The notes under the pieces: model-generated
Database searches by the model: none
Seen by the model: only the letters and a program-made list of their open reading frames with translations
Told to the model about the DNA's origin: nothing
Shown: positions 52,031-64,000 of the stretch, in pieces
Numbering within the stretch: position 1 is the stretch's first letter
Layout of the letters: each line of letters starts with the position of its first letter
NCBI GenBank assembly: GCA_964016885.1
Contig: OZ024748.1
Coordinates: forward strand, 42,904,001-42,968,000
Reading direction: 5' to 3'
Source: Eledone cirrhosa
Taxonomy: Eukaryota
Length of the DNA stretch: 64,000 nt
Made by a program: the position numbers and the translations under genes

Positions 52031-53609
52031 CCCTCGAGTTCTTTTATAGTTTTGCCATTTTACATGTTTCAGTCATTAGACCGTGGTCATGCTAGAGCAC
52101 CACCTTTGATCATATCGACCTGCAATACTTATTTTTTTTCACAAATCTGCTACTTACTTTGTCAATCTCTTTTTGTTGAATTACTAATTCTTGGAACTTA
52201 ATCACACGCACGCACACACACACACACACACACCTGTGTCTGTTTAAGGTGTAAGTAGCGAACTCTATAACCTCACAACCATTCCTGTATCTGTTCAAGG
52301 TGTAAGTAGGGAAACTATGTGGTGTTAAAATAAGATATATTTCATTTGATGTTGTTCAAAGTAAAATGATTAGGTTTAACACTTGATACAAACAGGTCAG
52401 GTGTGACAGAAGTGAGACTGTTTTCTGTGTTACTACAAACATAATCACCTTTTTTCTAATTCCCTTCTATAAAGACCTAACTTACTGTGTTCACATAATT
52501 ACACTGATAAGTCACACCCTATCTAGAACTTTCTCTTTAGAAATATTTTAGCTTCAGTCTCTGACCTGAATGTAAGTCACATGTTTTTCATAAACACTGC
52601 ATCTTTACTTGCTGATGTATTTAAATAAAGTGGAAAGACTACATGTTTAGGAGTGTTTGAGGACTTTGTCCCACGACCCTCTCGGGAATAAGTGGTTGAA
52701 GAAGGAAACCTAGCTAAAATAGTCCAAGTAATTCGCCAGTACTGTCTAGCAAAGTCCCAGAACTGTAGATATATCACCACTACCAACACCACCAACAATC
52801 ATCATCACCATTTAACATCTATTTTCCATGGTTAGATGGGTTGTCACACAGAAGCATGACCGTTCAGGTCACCACATTGTGCTTTTACGCTAGGCTTGGT
52901 TTCTGCAGTTGGTGCCTGAAATGAACTAATTAACCAGGGCTTTTAAATGGTCACACCTGACTGACTGACAATATAGGTGTTGCATTTAATGGGCATGGAG
53001 ATTAAAGCTAGCTGCTAGAAGACATGTTTGACACATGCAGAAGTAAGTTTTGTTTTAACACGAGCTCATCAATGTGTGTTTGTTTACAATGCCAGATAAT
53101 GAAGACAGACTTGATCAATTGGTGCGTGTGTGTGTGTGCGCGATGGCATGTATGTGTGTGTGTGTGAGTGCAAATGCTGTACATTTCAAGCTTAGATCAA
53201 GTTTTGGTAGGTAAGTTGCGTGTGATTTTTTAAAATAATAATAATAATAATATTTATTTAATGTGGTTTCATGGGGTACAGGAATTAAAGAGTTAATGAA
53301 GAATTTGGTGAAATTGACTTTATTAATTATCTTATTAGTATTAAGCTGGTTCCAATTGTCATGGTTTGCTCCTTTCCGAACCCTCTCTGGGGTGTCGGGA
53401 TATGCAATCTTTGTGTGTCCATCCCACACCTCCCAGGACAGGTCACAGTCCTATCACCAATCTTTACAGCATGAAATGGAGACTGCAATATATTTTTCAA
53501 ACAGGCTCTTCTACCTAACACCAGAATGTGTCTCTTGTTAACCCGCGTGAAGGATGATGTGGTATAAGAGAAGACGTATTAAGATGGTATTTGTATCATA
53601 ACAAAAAGT

Positions 53610-53965
53610 TTTTCTTCTTTGCCCACTTATTCTTGAGAGGGTTGTGGGGGTCAGTCCTCAAACACTCCTTCCAGCAGGTCCTGTCAGAAGCAAACAGCTC
53701 GAACTGATCCAGCTGGATCCCCAAGCGTGACCAGCCGAGCTCATGGATGTTATCCAACCATCTTGCTCGAGGTTTACCCCTGGGTCTCCCTGCTGGTTGG
53801 TTTTGCCCGTAAAATATGTCCAGCAATTCTTTCCTGAGACATTCTAACCACATGTCCATAGTATCAGAGCTGTGATCTCTCAATTTGAAGAAGTAGTGGC
53901 TCTACCTGGAGTGACTCTCCAGTGATTCTTTCCTCAGACATTCTAACCACATGTCCATAGTATCA
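53610..53965 (-). mobile_element. RTE-clade LINE 3' fragment (family 1)
   Basis: Peptide GRPRGKPRARWLDNIHELGWSRLGI...ASDRTCWKECL. Confidence 0.85.
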
Positions 53966-54319
53966 AATTATGTTGGAAGATTTTAATTGAAATAGGAACA
54001 TCTTAAAATAGTTTGTTATAGAACTTGACAGTTTGGGTGAGTTCATTTGATATCAAAGGGGTTAAAATTACATTCGTAATTTGATTGCTCTGTCATGTTA
54101 CTGTATGTATATGTTATTGTGTGTGTGTCTGTGTGTGTTCATGTCACTGCATGTTTGTTGTGTGTGTGTATGTTCATGTCACTGTGTGTATGTTGTGTGT
54201 GTGTTAATGTTTCCTACTATATAATTTATTGCATCAGTTTGTTATCTCTTATATTAGTTGTACACTTGAGTCTGGTGCTGTCATGTTGTATATAACATTG
54301 CTCTATTTACAGTGGTGTG

Positions 54320-54680
54320 TATATATAACATTACTAGATCTACAGTATATATAACATTACTAGATCTACAGTATATATAACATTACTAGATCGACAGTAT
54401 ATATAACATTACTAGATCGACAGTATATATAACATTACTAGATCTACAGTATATATAACATTACTAGATCTACAGTATATATAATATTACTAGATCGACA
54501 GTATATATAACATTACTAGATCGACAGTATATATAACATTACTAGATCGACAGTATATATAACATTACTAGATCGACAGTATATATAACATTACTAGATC
54601 GACAGTATATATAACATTACTAGATCGACAGTATATATAACATTACTAGATCTACAGTATATATAACATTACTACATCTA
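54320..54680. repeat. 26-bp minisatellite, about 13 copies
   Basis: Unit atatataacattactagatc(t/g)acagt. Confidence 0.95.
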
Positions 54681-54751
54681 ATTGACCTTGATGCTGAAAT
54701 TTACACACAACTTTCCCACTCCACTTTCTACGATATATATATATATATATA

Positions 54752-54980
54752 TGTGTAAAAGGTAAACAGAAATAACAACACAATCGGTACAGTATATGGA
54801 AGGTATATATTAGGTTAACGCTTGATATAGCAGGAAGAGGATCTTAACGTTTTGGATGCTAGTCCTTCATCAGAAGAAAGAATGAGAAATAAAATAGATT
54901 GAGGGGACGGGTGAGTTGGAATTGGAAAAATGTCTTAAGATAAAAATAACAGGTCCATTCATGTTGACATCTCTTGCAAT
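54752..54980 (-). mobile_element. Penelope-like fragment with degenerate hammerhead (54842-54877)
   Basis: Minus strand: tctt-CTGATGA-a-gga(ctagca)tcc-aAAA-c-gtt-aaga; homologous to the 28860 copy. Confidence 0.6.
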
Positions 54981-56786
54981 ATATATATGTGTGTCTGTCT
55001 GAAATATGGCAGAAGAGAAGACAGTTATGTTGCTAGTTAACAGTTATTATGGCTACTTCAATCTTAAGTATTGTTTGTATAAATTAAGTCTTTAGCCTTA
55101 TTGATAGTTCTTATTAAAGATCCTTAGAACTGTTAATGTGAACACGGGAGGTTTGGCTGAGCTTTTAAGAAGTTTACAGAGTTGCAAGGTTGTAACTTTG
55201 ATCCTACAGCAGGACATCTTGGTTGAGTTGCTTGGGTTGACCCAATAGTTGTGAGTGAAATTGGGCAGGTGGAGATTGTGTGGAAGCCTGTTAGATGAAT
55301 TGGACCTGTAATTCAAAGGTCCAACATTATCATAGTCATTCTGACCTTGTCTAAGAATTAGATTAAGAGTACACATGCCTGAGGAATACTCAACCACTTA
55401 GCAGTGTTGAGTGTTTGTTGTAATTGAGGCTTGTATAAAACTGTTTTCATCTTTGTTCTTCGTTAATTGAAGTTGTGAACATGTTTGATACCAAACCACC
55501 TGAAACTACCTCTAACAAAGTTGTTAATTTTAAAGTGTTTATATTTATCTAAACATCTTCCACCATAACTTTATGTAAGATCCTTTCTTAAGCTATGTTC
55601 CAAACACTGGTTTAATAATGAGTTATATTACTAAATTCCTCCAAAGTCTTTGTTATTTTAAAAATAACCTTTGTTAAGCTATGTTCCAAGCACTGAATAG
55701 ATAATAAGAATGTTAGTTATATTCTTTCCAAATTCTGTATTATTTACAAATCATAAGCTGATCTGAAATCACTGAGACTCAGAGAGGAGATGATAAAAGA
55801 AAATGGTGAGTGGAGTGATGCTGGGTTGAGAAGGACCCATCCAACCCATGCAAGCTTGGAAAAATTGACATAAAAATGGTGGTGATGATGATGATGCAAT
55901 GTTTTTTTTATTAGAAATATATTAATGAAGGTGTTAATATATTTGTAATATATCAAATATGGAGCCGAGAAGTGTAAAGTCTGAAGCCCAGATAGGAAAT
56001 GAAATGTCTGTGGTATTTTGAAGACAGCATGACAATATATTGGGTTAGCACTGAGTCTGTAATTGAGTCTTATTAAATATTTGTGACAAAGATTTTAGGT
56101 TGAAGAGAATTAAGTAAAGGAGTGGATCTCAAACTCGGTTAATCAAGGAAAACAACATAGAATGAGGTCATTTGTACTCAGAAAGGAGTTACCAGAAAAT
56201 AATGAAGAGGGGGGGGGGACAGAAGTTTCTTTTAGAGAAGTTTCTAGTTCATTTAGTGTGTGTGTGTGTGTGAGAGAGAGTGCGATATGAAACATAGGTG
56301 CAAGAATTGGTTCCCTAACCAGTCTAGTCTCAGATCTTGACAACCTGTCTAACCCATGCCTGTATGGAAAGTGAACGTATAATGATCTTCTTCGTGCATA
56401 TGACACTGTTGCTGTCTCAGGTTGTTGTCATTTGGTTGATCGAGATTCAAGATCACTGTTTAGTTTCCAGGGCTGGTCCACCACTTGGAGGAGGTCAGCA
56501 CTTGGGCCCACCATATAATGATAACAATGTGGACAATGATGATGATGATGAAATTGCAAGTTAGGATTGAATAACATTACAGTATAGTTTATATGTCATC
56601 AAATAAGAGAGATTTTCTAAATTGTGATCTGGTTACTGCAGGAAATGTTTAAAGTGACTTTTATTAGTCTTTCTCATCTCTCCAGTAAATAAATGAAATA
56701 ATTGACTTGAGGCAATAAATGATACATTTATCCTGTTTATCACCTCCCGATGTAATAAATCTCAGATCTAAACATTTGTCATCATT

Positions 56787-59700
56787 CTTTACATACCATT
56801 ACTGAAGGTAAACTTAGTAAAATGACTCTTTACATACCATTACTGAAGGTAAACTTAGTAAAATGACTCTTTACATACCATTACTGTAGGTAAACTTAGT
56901 AAAGTGACTCTTTACATACCATTACTGAAGGTAAACTTAGTAAAATGACTCTTTACATACTATTACTGAAGGTAAACTTAGTAAAATGACTCTTTACATA
57001 CCATTACTGAAGGTAAACTTAGTAAAATGACTCTTTACATACCATTACTGAAGGTAAACTTAGTAAAGTGACTCTTTACATACCATTACTGTAGGTAAAC
57101 TTAGTAAAGTGACTCTTTACATACCATTACTGAAGGTAAACTTAGTAAAGTGACTCTTTACATACCATTACTGAAGGTAAACTTAGTAAAATGACTCTTT
57201 ACATACCATTACTGAAGGTAAACTTAGTAAAATGACTCTTTACATACCATTACTGAAGGTAAACTTAGTAAAATGACTCTTTACATACCATTACTGAAGG
57301 CAAACTTAGTAAAATGACTCTTTACATACCATTACTGAAGGTAAACTTAGTAAAATGACTCTTTACATACCATTACTGAAGGTAAACTTAGTAAAATGAC
57401 TCTTTACATATCATTACTGAAGGTAAACTTAGTAAAATGACTCTTTACATATCATTACTGAAGGTAAACTTAGTAAAATGACTCTTTACATACCATTACT
57501 GAAGGTAAACTTAGTAAAATGACTCTTTACATATCATTACTGAAGGTAAACTTAGTAAAATGACTCTTTACATACCATTACTGAAGGTAAACTTAGTAAA
57601 ATGACTCTTTACATACCATTACTGAAGATAAACTTAGTAAAATGACTCTTTACATACCACTACTGAAGGTAAACTTAGTAAAATGACTCTTTACATACCA
57701 TTACTGAAGGTAAACTTAGTAAAATGACTCTTTACATATCATTACTGAAGGTAAACTTAGTAAAATGACTCTTTACATACCACTACTGAAGGTAAACTTA
57801 GTAAAATGACTCTTTACATACCATTACTGAAGGTAAACTTAGTAAAATGACTCTTTACATACCATTACTGAAGGTAAACTTAGTAAAATGACTCTTTACA
57901 TATCATTACTGAAGGTAAATTTAGTAAAATGACTCTTTACATACCATTACTGAAGGTAAACTTAGTAAAATGACTCTTTACATACCATTACTGAAGGTAA
58001 ACTTAGTAAAATGACTCTTTACATATCATTACTGAAGGTAAACTTAGTAAAATGACTCTTTACATACCATTACTGAAGGTAAACTTAGTAAAATGACTCT
58101 TTACATACCATTACTGAAGGTAAACTTAGTAAAATGACTCTTTACATACCATTACTGAAGGTAAACTTAGTAAAATGACTCTTTACATATCATTACTGAA
58201 GGTAAATTTAGTAAAATGACTCTTTACATACCATTACTGAAGGTAAACTTAGTAAAATGACTCTTTACATACCATTACTGAAGGTAAACTTAGTAAAATG
58301 ACTCTTTACATACCATTACTGAAGGTAAACTTAGTAAAATGACTCTTTACATATCATTACTGAAGGTAAATTTAGTAAAATGACTCTTTACATACCATTA
58401 CTGAAGGTAAACTTAGTAAAATGACTCTTTACATACCATTACTGAAGGTAAACTTAGTAAAATGACTCTTTACATATCATTACTGAAGGTAAATTTAGTA
58501 AAATGACTCTTTACATACCATTACTGAAGGTAAACTTAGTAAAATGACTCTTTACATACCATTACTGAAGGTAAACTTAGTAAAATGACTCTTTACATAC
58601 CATTACTGAAGGTAAACTTAGTAAAATGACTCTTTACATACCATTACTGAAGGCAAACTTAGTAAAATGACTCTTTACATACCATTACTGAAGGTAAACT
58701 TAGTAAAATGACTCTTTACATACCATTACTGAAGGCAAACTTAGTAAAATGACTCTTTACATACCATTACTGAAGGTAAACTTAGTAAAATGACTCTTTA
58801 CATACCATTACTGAAGGTAAACTTAGTAAAATGACTCTTTACATACCATTACTGAAGGCAAACTTAGTAAAATGACTCTTTACATAACATTACTGAAGGT
58901 AAACTTAGTAAAATGACTCTTTACATACCATTACTGAAGGTAAACTTAGTAAAATGACTCTTTACATACCATTACTGAAGGTAAACTTAGTAAAATGACT
59001 CTTTACATACCATTACTGAAGGCAAACTTAGTAAAATGACTCTTTACATACCATTACTGAAGGTAAACTTAGTAAAATGACTCTTTACATACCATTACTG
59101 AAGGCAAACTTAGTAAAATGACTCTTTACATACCATTACTGAAGGTAAACTTAGTAAAATGACTCTTTACATACCATTACTGAAGGTAAACTTAGTAAAA
59201 TGACTCTTTACATATCATTACTGAAGGTAAATTTAGTAAAATGACTCTTTACATACCATTACTGAAGGTAAACTTAGTAAAATGACTCTTTACATACCAT
59301 TACTGAAGGTAAACTTAGTAAAATGACTCTTTACATACCATTACTGAAGGTAAACTTAGTAAAATGACTCTTTACATATCATTACTGAAGGTAAATTTAG
59401 TAAAATGACTCTTTACATACCATTACTGAAGGTAAACTTAGTAAAATGACTCTTTACATACCATTACTGAAGGTAAACTTAGTAAAATGACTCTTTACAT
59501 ATCATTACTGAAGGTAAATTTAGTAAAATGACTCTTTACATACCATTACTGAAGGTAAACTTAGTAAAATGACTCTTTACATACCATTACTGAAGGTAAA
59601 CTTAGTAAAATGACTCTTTACATACCATTACTGAAGGTAAACTTAGTAAAATGACTCTTTACATACCATTACTGAAGGTAAACTTAGTAAAATGACTCTT

Positions 59701-62700
59701 TACATATCATTACTGAAGGTAAATTTAGTAAAATGACTCTTTACATACCATTACTGAAGGTAAACTTAGTAAAATGACTCTTTACATACCATTACTGAAG
59801 GTAAACTTAGTAAAATGACTCTTTACATATCATTACTGAAGGTAAACTTAGTAAAATGACTCTTTACATACCATTACTGAAGGTAAACTTAGTAAAATGA
59901 CTCTTTACATACCATTACTGAAGGTAAACTTAGTAAAATGACTCTTTACATACCATTACTGAAGGTAAACTTAGTAAAATGACTCTTTACATATCATTAC
60001 TGAAGGTAAATTTAGTAAAATGACTCTTTACATACCATTACTGAAGGTAAACTTAGTAAAATGACTCTTTACATACCATTACTGAAGGTAAACTTAGTAA
60101 AATGACTCTTTACATACCATTACTGAAGGTAAACTTAGTAAAATGACTCTTTACATATCATTACTGAAGGTAAATTTAGTAAAATGACTCTTTACATACC
60201 ATTACTGAAGGTAAACTTAGTAAAATGACTCTTTACATACCATTACTGAAGGTAAACTTAGTAAAATGACTCTTTACATACCATTACTGAAGGTAAACTT
60301 AGTAAAATGACTCTTTACATACCATTACTGAAGGTAAACTTAGTAAAATGACTCTTTACATATCATTACTGAAGGTAAACTTAGTAAAATGACTCTTTAC
60401 ATACCATTACTGAAGGTAAACTTAGTAAAATGACTCTTTACATACCATTACTGAAGGTAAACTTAGTAAAATGACTCTTTACATATCATTACTGAAGGTA
60501 AACTTAGTAAAATGACTCTTTACATACCATTACTGAAGGTAAACTTAGTAAAATGACTCTTTACATACCATTACTGAAGGTAAACTTAGTAAAATGACTC
60601 TTTACATACCATTACTGAAGGTAAACTTAGTAAAATGACTCTTTACATACCATTACTGAAGGTAAACTTAGTAAAATGACTCTTTACATACCATTACTGA
60701 AGGTAAACTTAGTAAAATGACTCTTTACATACCATTACTGAAGGTAAACTTAGTAAAATGACTCTTTACATACCATTACTGAAGGTAAACTTAGTAAAAT
60801 GACTCTTTACATACCATTACTGAAGGTAAACTTAGTAAAATGACTCTTTACATATCATTACTGAAGGTAAACTTAGTAAAATGACTCTTTACATACCATT
60901 ACTGAAGGTAAACTTAGTAAAATGACTCTTTACATATCATTACTGAAGGTAAACTTAGTAAAATGACTCTTTACATACCATTACTGAAGGTAAACTTAGT
61001 AAAATGACTCTTTACATACCATTACTGAAGGTAAACTTAGTAAAATGACTCTTTACATATCATTACTGAAGGTAAATTTAGTAAAATGACTCTTTACATA
61101 CCATTACTGAAGGTAAACTTAGTAAAATGACTCTTTACATATCATTACTGAAGGTAAACTTAGTAAAATGACTCTTTACATACCATTACTGAAGGTAAAC
61201 TTAGTAAAATGACTCTTTACATATCATTACTGAAGGTAAACTTAGTAAAATGACTCTTTACATACCATTACTGAAGGTAAACTTAGTAAAATGACTCTTT
61301 ACATACCATTACTGAAGGTAAACTTAGTAAAATGACTCTTTACATATCATTACTGAAGGTAAACTTAGTAAAATGACTCTTTACATACCATTACTGAAGG
61401 TAAACTTAGTAAAATGACTCTTTACATACCATTACTGAAGGTAAACTTAGTAAAATGACTCTTTACATATCATTACTGAAGGTAAACTTAGTAAAATGAC
61501 TCTTTACATACCATTACTGAAGGTAAACTTAGTAAAATGACTCTTTACATACCATTACTGAAGGTAAACTTAGTAAAATGACTCTTTACATATCATTACT
61601 GAAGGTAAACTTAGTAAAATGACTCTTTACATACCATTACTGAAGGTAAACTTAGTAAAATGACTCTTTACATACCATTACTGAAGGTAAACTTAGTAAA
61701 ATGACTCTTTACATACCATTACTGAAGGTAAACTTAGTAAAATGACTCTTTACATACCATTACTGAAGGTAAACTTAGTAAAATGACTCTTTACATACCA
61801 TTACTGAAGGTAAACTTAGTAAAATGACTCTTTACATACCATTACTGAAGGTAAACTTAGTAAAATGACTCTTTACATACCATTACTGAAGGTAAACTTA
61901 GTAAAATGACTCTTTACATATCATTACTGAAGGTAAACTTAGTAAAATGACTCTTTACATACCATTACTGAAGGTAAACTTAGTAAAATGACTCTTTACA
62001 TATCATTACTGAAGGTAAACTTAGTAAAATGACTCTTTACATATCATTACTGAAGGTAAATTTAGTAAAATGACTCTTTACATACCATTACTGAAGGTAA
62101 ACTTAGTAAAATGACTCTTTACATACCATTACTGAAGGTAAACTTAGTAAAATGACTCTTTACATACCATTACTGAATGTAAACTTAGTAAAATGACTCT
62201 TTACATATCATTACTGAAGGTAAACTTAGTAAAATGACTCTTTACATACCATTACTGAAGGTAAACTTAGTAAAATGACTCTTTACATATCATTACTGAA
62301 GGTAAACTTAGTAAAATGACTCTTTACATACCATTACTGAAGGTAAACTTAGTAAAATGACTCTTTACATACCATTACTGAAGGTAAACTTAGTAAAATG
62401 ACTCTTTACATATCATTACTGAAGGTAAACTTAGTAAAATGACTCTTTACATACCATTACTGAAGGTAAACTTAGTAAAATGACTCTTTACATATCATTA
62501 CTGAAGGTAAACTTAGTAAAATGACTCTTTACATATCATTACTGAAGGTAAATTTAGTAAAATGACTCTTTACATACCATTACTGAAGGTAAACTTAGTA
62601 AAATGACTCTTTACATACCATTACTGAAGGTAAACTTAGTAAAATGACTCTTTACATACCATTACTGAAGGTAAACTTAGTAAAATGACTCTTTACATAT

Positions 62701-64000
62701 CATTACTGAAGGTAAACTTAGTAAAATGACTCTTTACATACCATTACTGAAGGTAAACTTAGTAAAATGACTCTTTACATATCATTACTGAAGGTAAACT
62801 TAGTAAAATGACTCTTTACATACCATTACTGAAGGTAAACTTAGTAAAATGACTCTTTACATACCATTACTGAAGGTAAACTTAGTAAAATGACTCTTTA
62901 CATATCATTACTGAAGGTAAACTTAGTAAAATGACTCTTTACATACCACTACTGAAGGTAAACTTAGTAAAATGACTCTTTACATACCATTACTGAAGGT
63001 AAACTTAGTAAAATGACTCTTTACATATCATTACTGAAGGTAAATTTAGTAAAATGACTCTTTACATACCATTACTGAAGGTAAACTTAGTAAAATGACT
63101 CTTTACATACCATTACTGAAGGTAAACTTAGTAAAATGACTCTTTACATACCATTACTGAAGGTAAACTTAGTAAAATGACTCTTTACATATCATTACTG
63201 AAGGTAAATTTAGTAAAATGACTCTTTACATACCATTACTGAAGGTAAACTTAGTAAAATGACTCTTTACATACCATTACTGAAGGTAAACTTAGTAAAA
63301 TGACTCTTTACATACCATTACTGAAGGTAAACTTAGTAAAATGACTCTTTACATATCATTACTGAAGGTAAACTTAGTAAAATGACTCTTTACATACCAT
63401 TACTGAAGGTAAACTTAGTAAAATGACTCTTTACATATCATTACTGAAGGTAAACTTAGTAAAATGACTCTTTACATACCATTACTGAAGGTAAACTTAG
63501 TAAAATGACTCTTTACATACCATTACTGAAGGTAAACTTAGTAAAATGACTCTTTACATATCATTACTGAAGGTAAACTTAGTAAAATGACTCTTTACAT
63601 ACCACTACTGAAGGTAAACTTAGTAAAATGACTCTTTACATACCATTACTGAAGGTAAACTTAGTAAAATGACTCTTTACATACCATTACTGAAGGCAAA
63701 CTTAGTAAAATGACTCTTTACATACCATTACTGAAGGTAAACTTAGTAAAATGACTCTTTACATATCATTACTGAAGGTAAACTTAGTAAAATGACTCTT
63801 TACATACCATTACTGAAGGTAAACTTAGTAAAATGACTCTTTACATACCATTACTGAAGGTAAACTTAGTAAAATGACTCTTTACATATCATTACTGAAG
63901 GTAAACTTAGTAAAATGACTCTTTACATACCATTACTGAAGGTAAACTTAGTAAAATGACTCTTTACATATCATTACTGAAGGTAAACTTAGTAAAATGA
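56787..64000. repeat. 41-bp satellite array, about 175 copies, continues beyond the window
   Basis: Unit ctttacata(c/t)cattactgaaggtaaa(c/t)ttagtaaaatgact; period 41. Confidence 0.99.

Noticed and set aside
56471-56560. Possible next CLASP exon (AGPPLGGG...DNDDDDEIA) after tttccag
   Set aside because: That reading needs a phase-2 junction but exon G ends in phase 1. The Asp run is a (GAT)n repeat like a SINE tail.

Overview
AT-rich, repeat-dense animal genomic DNA; the SINE and microsatellite repertoire suggests a cephalopod, probably Octopus (inference). The one host gene I can support is a CLASP (CLIP-associating protein, Orbit/Mast) orthologue on the + strand. Seven small GT-AG exons (17657-43547, 520 nt) splice in one open frame and encode most of the N-terminal TOG1 domain. 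I did not recognise the start exon or any later exon. The rest is intronic or flanking DNA: Nin/Deu-domain and CORE-like tRNA SINEs, RTE and CR1/L2 LINE 3' fragments, piggyBac- and mariner-like MITEs, and over a dozen minisatellite arrays, including a 41-bp array over 7 kb that runs off the window. Nearly all listed ORFs are repeat artefacts. Best observations: (1) a ~490-bp palindrome with an intact-looking minimal hammerhead ribozyme on each strand; (2) a second hammerhead-bearing family and a direct-repeat element, both Penelope/retrozyme-like; (3) an intronic array built from copies of the next exon's own splice acceptor, most followed by an in-frame TAA; (4) a 93-bp (31-codon) LINE segment amplified about 15 times; (5) SINEs that have swapped LINE-derived tails. 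Repeat boundaries and copy numbers are by-eye estimates.
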